Source: Gammaproteobacteria bacterium RIFCSPLOWO2_12_47_11 (GTDB lineage: Bacteria; Pseudomonadota; Gammaproteobacteria; Eutrophobiales; Eutrophobiaceae). From it: a stretch of 52,668 nucleotides of DNA. This document shows, piece after piece, positions 49,628 to 52,668 of this stretch (the first letter of the stretch is position 1; each line of letters opens with the position of its first letter). Location of the stretch: positions 1 through 52,668 of the forward strand of contig MGYU01000075.1 in assembly GCA_001801885.1 (NCBI GenBank). The letters are read 5' to 3'. Under the pieces are notes generated by a model that saw only the letters and a program-made list of their open reading frames with translations, made no database searches and was not told the origin of the DNA. The position numbers were made by a program, and so were the translations under genes.

Positions 49628-50391
49628 TGTGAACGTTCCGGCGCCTGCACCGGGATCATGAAGAGATCAGGCGGTGATTGTTTGCGTGCTATAAGTATGC
49701 CCTTGGCTATAGACTGGTTATATTCAGCGGGCAGGGTCTTCCACGTTTTTCCCTGTTTGTCCCAGTAACCGCTCTGGCGGCCATCGAGGGTCTGGTAGAG
49801 CAGCGCAACCCGGCCTATGCGCAATGTATCAACAGTATATTTTTTATTGTCCTGCACTATGGCATCGCTGCTGGTGTTTATGGTGCGTCCGTAATCCATT
49901 TCAATCTGGTAGGATTCCATGATCCTGCGGTACTTGTCCGGTAATGACACATCTGGCCGGTCCATCATTTCCTTGACGATCTGCAACCGTGCCTGCCGTT
50001 CGTCCATGAGAAAGGGCATATCCAATGCAATAAATTTTTCCAGCACGTCTATCATGTTCAGCATAAGCGGCACGATATTACGTTGTGTTTCCTCTACACT
50101 GTCCAGTTGTTTCACGATGGAAGCGAGTGTTTCACTCTGTGTACTAATCAGTTTTTCAAGTTGTTGATTGTAGGATTTCAGGCTGTCTGTCTGTTGCAGG
50201 GTGATCCTGTATTCCTGCAACATGGCATTGGCATCATCGGCCAGATGGTCGATGGTTTTCTGTGAAAGCCTGGATTCCTCATTGGTCTTTACGGTATCCT
50301 CAATGGCCGTATCCAGTGCGGTTGTTCCCGCCAGACCCCAGGCAGGAATACACAGTACCAACAGGCCAAGTATTTTTCGGGATATTTTCAT
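49624..50391 (-). CDS. DUF3450 family protein (TonB2-cluster first gene, TtpB-like)
   Basis: PFLMDERQARL...DKYRRIMESYQIEMDYGRTI is characteristic of DUF3450. The start is set at MKISRKILGLLVL (signal peptide). The track start at 50475 adds 28 residues. Confidence 0.8.
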   Translation of the reverse strand: MKISRKILGLLVLCIPAWGLAGTTALDTAIEDTVKTNEESRLSQKTIDHLADDANAMLQEYRITLQQTDSLKSYNQQLEKLISTQSETLASIVKQLDSVEETQRNIVPLMLNMIDVLEKFIALDMPFLMDERQARLQIVKEMMDRPDVSLPDKYRRIMESYQIEMDYGRTINTSSDAIVQDNKKYTVDTLRIGRVALLYQTLDGRQSGYWDKQGKTWKTLPAEYNQSIAKGILIARKQSPPDLFMIPVQAPERSQ

Positions 50392-50433
50392 ATTAGTTGC
50401 CGGGAAATTTTCCTGTGGGGCTTTATAATTTGA

Positions 50434-50452
50434 GCAAATGATAAATGTTCTC
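50434..50452. promoter_or_regulatory. candidate Fur box upstream of the TonB2-type operon
   Basis: GCAAATGATAAATGTTCTC matches 13 of 19 positions of GATAATGATAATCATTATC. It lies 43-61 nt upstream of the ATG at 50391. Confidence 0.35.
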
Positions 50453-50582
50453 ACTATAGATATCCAATAATTCATAAAGTTTTCAAAAAGTCACAAATGA
50501 AATTTCAGAGAAAATACCTGCCAGAAATAAAGACCGGAATTTCAGTATTAATGAATATCAGGTTACGTGATATTTTACACTA

Positions 50583-51950
50583 ATGATGAGCCTGCGTTTT
50601 CGTCTTAATCTGTTTATAATTTTGCTGTTCGCATTGATATTTGTCAGCGGCAGTATTTATGTTATCCATAATGCACGCAAGGCAGTCAAGGACGAAGTCG
50701 GGGCAACCGCCTATTTGACTTTGCAACTGGTGAATATTGCACTGACTAATGTGGACAGCGGTGGACAGGCCGGGCAGCAGACCAGTGTACTGGAAAAAAT
50801 AGCCGCTCTTGAAAGTACCCGGCACCTCAATATCGAACTGTATCGTACCGATGATCCATTGCGCACCAAACCGGATCACTTATCTGCTAAGGAAATCCCT
50901 ATCACGGCCCAGGCACCATCATGGTTTATACAACTGGTGAAACCCGCCCCCATGGAGTTCCGGCATGTGGTTGATGAGTCCGGTATTCCCTATACGGAGA
51001 TCCTGATCAAGGCTGACCCGTCAGACGAGATCACAGAGGTATGGACTGAATCCAGGGGGGTTCTGGGACTGCTGGTAGTGTTTGTTGTACTGGCCAATGT
51101 ACTGGTCTATATCACACTGGGCCGTGGTCTGGCGCCACTGGAAACCATCCTGAAAGGGCTGGAAGGCATAGAACGCGGAGACTACAAGCTCCGGTTACCG
51201 GCATTCAATCTGCCGGAGCTGGCCAGGATATCGGAAAAATTCAACCACATGGCCGAGGTATTGAATCGCAGCAAAGAAGAGAACAGGTTTCTGATGCAAC
51301 GCTCTCTGGCCATACAGGAGAACGAAAGACGTAATCTCGCCTATGAACTGCATGATGAGCTTGGGCAGTCCATCACCGCCATCAAGGCAGTGGCAGTTTC
51401 AATTGAAAGACAACCGGACAAGGATGCTGCAGCAATTAATGAAAGTGCGGAAACAATAATCAGTGTTTCCAATCGCATGTACGATGTGGCACGCAATATG
51501 ATGCGCAGACTCAGACCGCCGTCTCTGGATGAACTTGGCCTGATCACGACTTTGCAGGACATGATAGATGACTGGAATGCCCGGCATCAGAAGATTTTCT
51601 GTAACTTCAGATTTGACGGGGATATGGGTGAATTGAATGAAGAAATCAACATCAGTTTATACCGGATAGTCCAGGAAGGGCTGACCAATATCGTTAAACA
51701 TGCGCAGGCAAATACCGTCAAGATATCCATGTCAGTCACCCAGGCAAAATCAGATGTAAAAAATTCACATCACAACCATGTTATATTGACCATAGAAGAT
51801 GATGGCTGTGGGTTTGATACAGGCGGTGTCCGTCCCGGACTGGGTTTGCTGGGCATGCGAGAACGGGCAGAGGCCCTGAATGGCACTTTAACCATGATCT
51901 CGAAACCTGGAGAAGGGTTAAAAATAAAAGTATTGATACCAATAAAATAA
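50583..51950 (+). CDS. sensor histidine kinase (NarX/UhpB-like: 2 TM, HAMP, HisKA_3, HATPase_c)
   Basis: H-box LAYELHDELGQSITAIK, N-box QEGLTNIVKHA, G-box DDGCGF..GLGLLGMRERA. Confidence 0.88.
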   Translation: MMSLRFRLNLFIILLFALIFVSGSIYVIHNARKAVKDEVGATAYLTLQLVNIALTNVDSGGQAGQQTSVLEKIAALESTRHLNIELYRTDDPLRTKPDHLSAKEIPITAQAPSWFIQLVKPAPMEFRHVVDESGIPYTEILIKADPSDEITEVWTESRGVLGLLVVFVVLANVLVYITLGRGLAPLETILKGLEGIERGDYKLRLPAFNLPELARISEKFNHMAEVLNRSKEENRFLMQRSLAIQENERRNLAYELHDELGQSITAIKAVAVSIERQPDKDAAAINESAETIISVSNRMYDVARNMMRRLRPPSLDELGLITTLQDMIDDWNARHQKIFCNFRFDGDMGELNEEINISLYRIVQEGLTNIVKHAQANTVKISMSVTQAKSDVKNSHHNHVILTIEDDGCGFDTGGVRPGLGLLGMRERAEALNGTLTMISKPGEGLKIKVLIPIK

Positions 51951-52606
51951 TGACGAAGATGCATGAGAGAAAAAAGATCAGGGTGTTACTGGCAGATGAT
52001 CATGCCGTAGTCAGGGCCGGCTACCAGATGTTGCTGAAAAACTCTGGTGATATTGAAGTTATCGGTGAGGCTGATTCCGGTGAGCGTGCCTGCAAGGCGT
52101 TTGCAGAACTGCAACCGGATGTCGTCGTGATGGACCTGTCCATGCCGGGCATTGGAGGTCTGGAGGCCATACGGCGCATTACTGCGCGTGATGCCAATGC
52201 GAGAATCCTGGTATTCAGCATGCATGATGATACCGTGTTTGTTGAACATGCTTTGCAGGCCGGTGCCCGGGGTTATCTCTGCAAGAGCAGCGCCCCTGAA
52301 GTTCTGGTTGAAGCCATCATTGAACTGGCCTCAGGTAAATCACACATTGATTCGGACATGGCCCAGAAACTTGCCCTGCAGAAGGCGCGCGGAAAAGATT
52401 CGCCCTTTTCCAATCTCTCCACACGTGAATTCGAGATCTTCTGTTTGCTGGCAGAGGGATTAAACACCAGTGAAATCGCAAAGCGGTTGTCGCTGAGTTA
52501 TAAAACGGTTGCCAATTACAGCACCCAGATCAAAAGCAAGCTGAATGTGACCACCGTCGCCGAACTGGCCCGTCTGGCGATCAGGAACAACATAATCAAC
52601 GCGTGA
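51950..52606 (+). CDS. NarL/FixJ (LuxR-type HTH) response regulator
   Basis: REC elements are VLLADDH, VVVMDLSMPG and a conserved Lys (LCKSS). The C-terminal HTH is LSTREFEIFCLLAEGLNTSEIAKRLSLSYKTVANY. Confidence 0.9.
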   Translation: MTKMHERKKIRVLLADDHAVVRAGYQMLLKNSGDIEVIGEADSGERACKAFAELQPDVVVMDLSMPGIGGLEAIRRITARDANARILVFSMHDDTVFVEHALQAGARGYLCKSSAPEVLVEAIIELASGKSHIDSDMAQKLALQKARGKDSPFSNLSTREFEIFCLLAEGLNTSEIAKRLSLSYKTVANYSTQIKSKLNVTTVAELARLAIRNNIINA

Positions 52607-52610
52607 TTTG

Positions 52611-52668
52611 GTGAATAGTGAATAGTGAATGGTGAATAGTGAATAGTGAATAGTGAATAGTGAATGGT
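52611..52668. repeat. tandem heptanucleotide repeat (GTGAATA/GTGAATG), at least 8 copies, truncated by the window end
   Basis: Read directly from the sequence. It starts 5 nt after the response-regulator stop codon. Confidence 0.9.

Noticed and set aside
52611-52668. The repeat array at the window end as a possible CRISPR.
   Set aside because: The unit is 7 nt with no spacers. This is a simple tandem repeat, not a repeat-spacer architecture, and there are no cas genes.

Overview
This looks like a gammaproteobacterial chromosomal window, judged from gene content and order. No rRNA, tRNA, CRISPR array, integrase or transposase was recognised.

The left half (about 1-25.8 kb) is the conserved housekeeping supercluster. 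On the minus strand it holds dusA, mutH, glnD and map. On the plus strand it holds rpsB-tsf-pyrH-frr-uppS-cdsA-dxr-rseP-bamA-skp-lpxD-fabZ-lpxA-lpxB-rnhB-dnaE-accA-tilS, tightly packed with several overlapping stop/start junctions.

The right half (25.8-52.7 kb) is accessory and contains the following:
- An orphan hypothetical gene.
- A six-gene minus-strand operon (31131->26598): L,D-transpeptidase, secreted DUF302-like protein, ExbB/TolQ-like proton channel, an ExbD-like subunit with a non-canonical periplasmic beta-rich domain, a 2-TM protein, and a periplasmic-vWA/TM/cytoplasmic-FHA protein. This is my top candidate for an undescribed PMF-coupled envelope signalling module.
- A 24-codon stand-alone pqqA missing from the ORF track. 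It has its own sigma-54-type promoter and terminator, and lies divergent from a histidine kinase / sigma-54 enhancer-binding response regulator pair.
- ndh, a DUF1244 gene, a cytochrome b561 gene, and a TraB/GumN gene interrupted by one in-frame TAG.
- A CzcCBA/Cus-like RND efflux operon.
- A receiver-domain/Hanks Ser-Thr kinase fusion.
- A Vibrio TonB2/TtpC-type six-gene TonB cluster with a possible Fur box.
- A NarX/NarL-type two-component pair.

Short tandem heptanucleotide repeats with a GTGA core recur at gene ends and in intergenic spacers.
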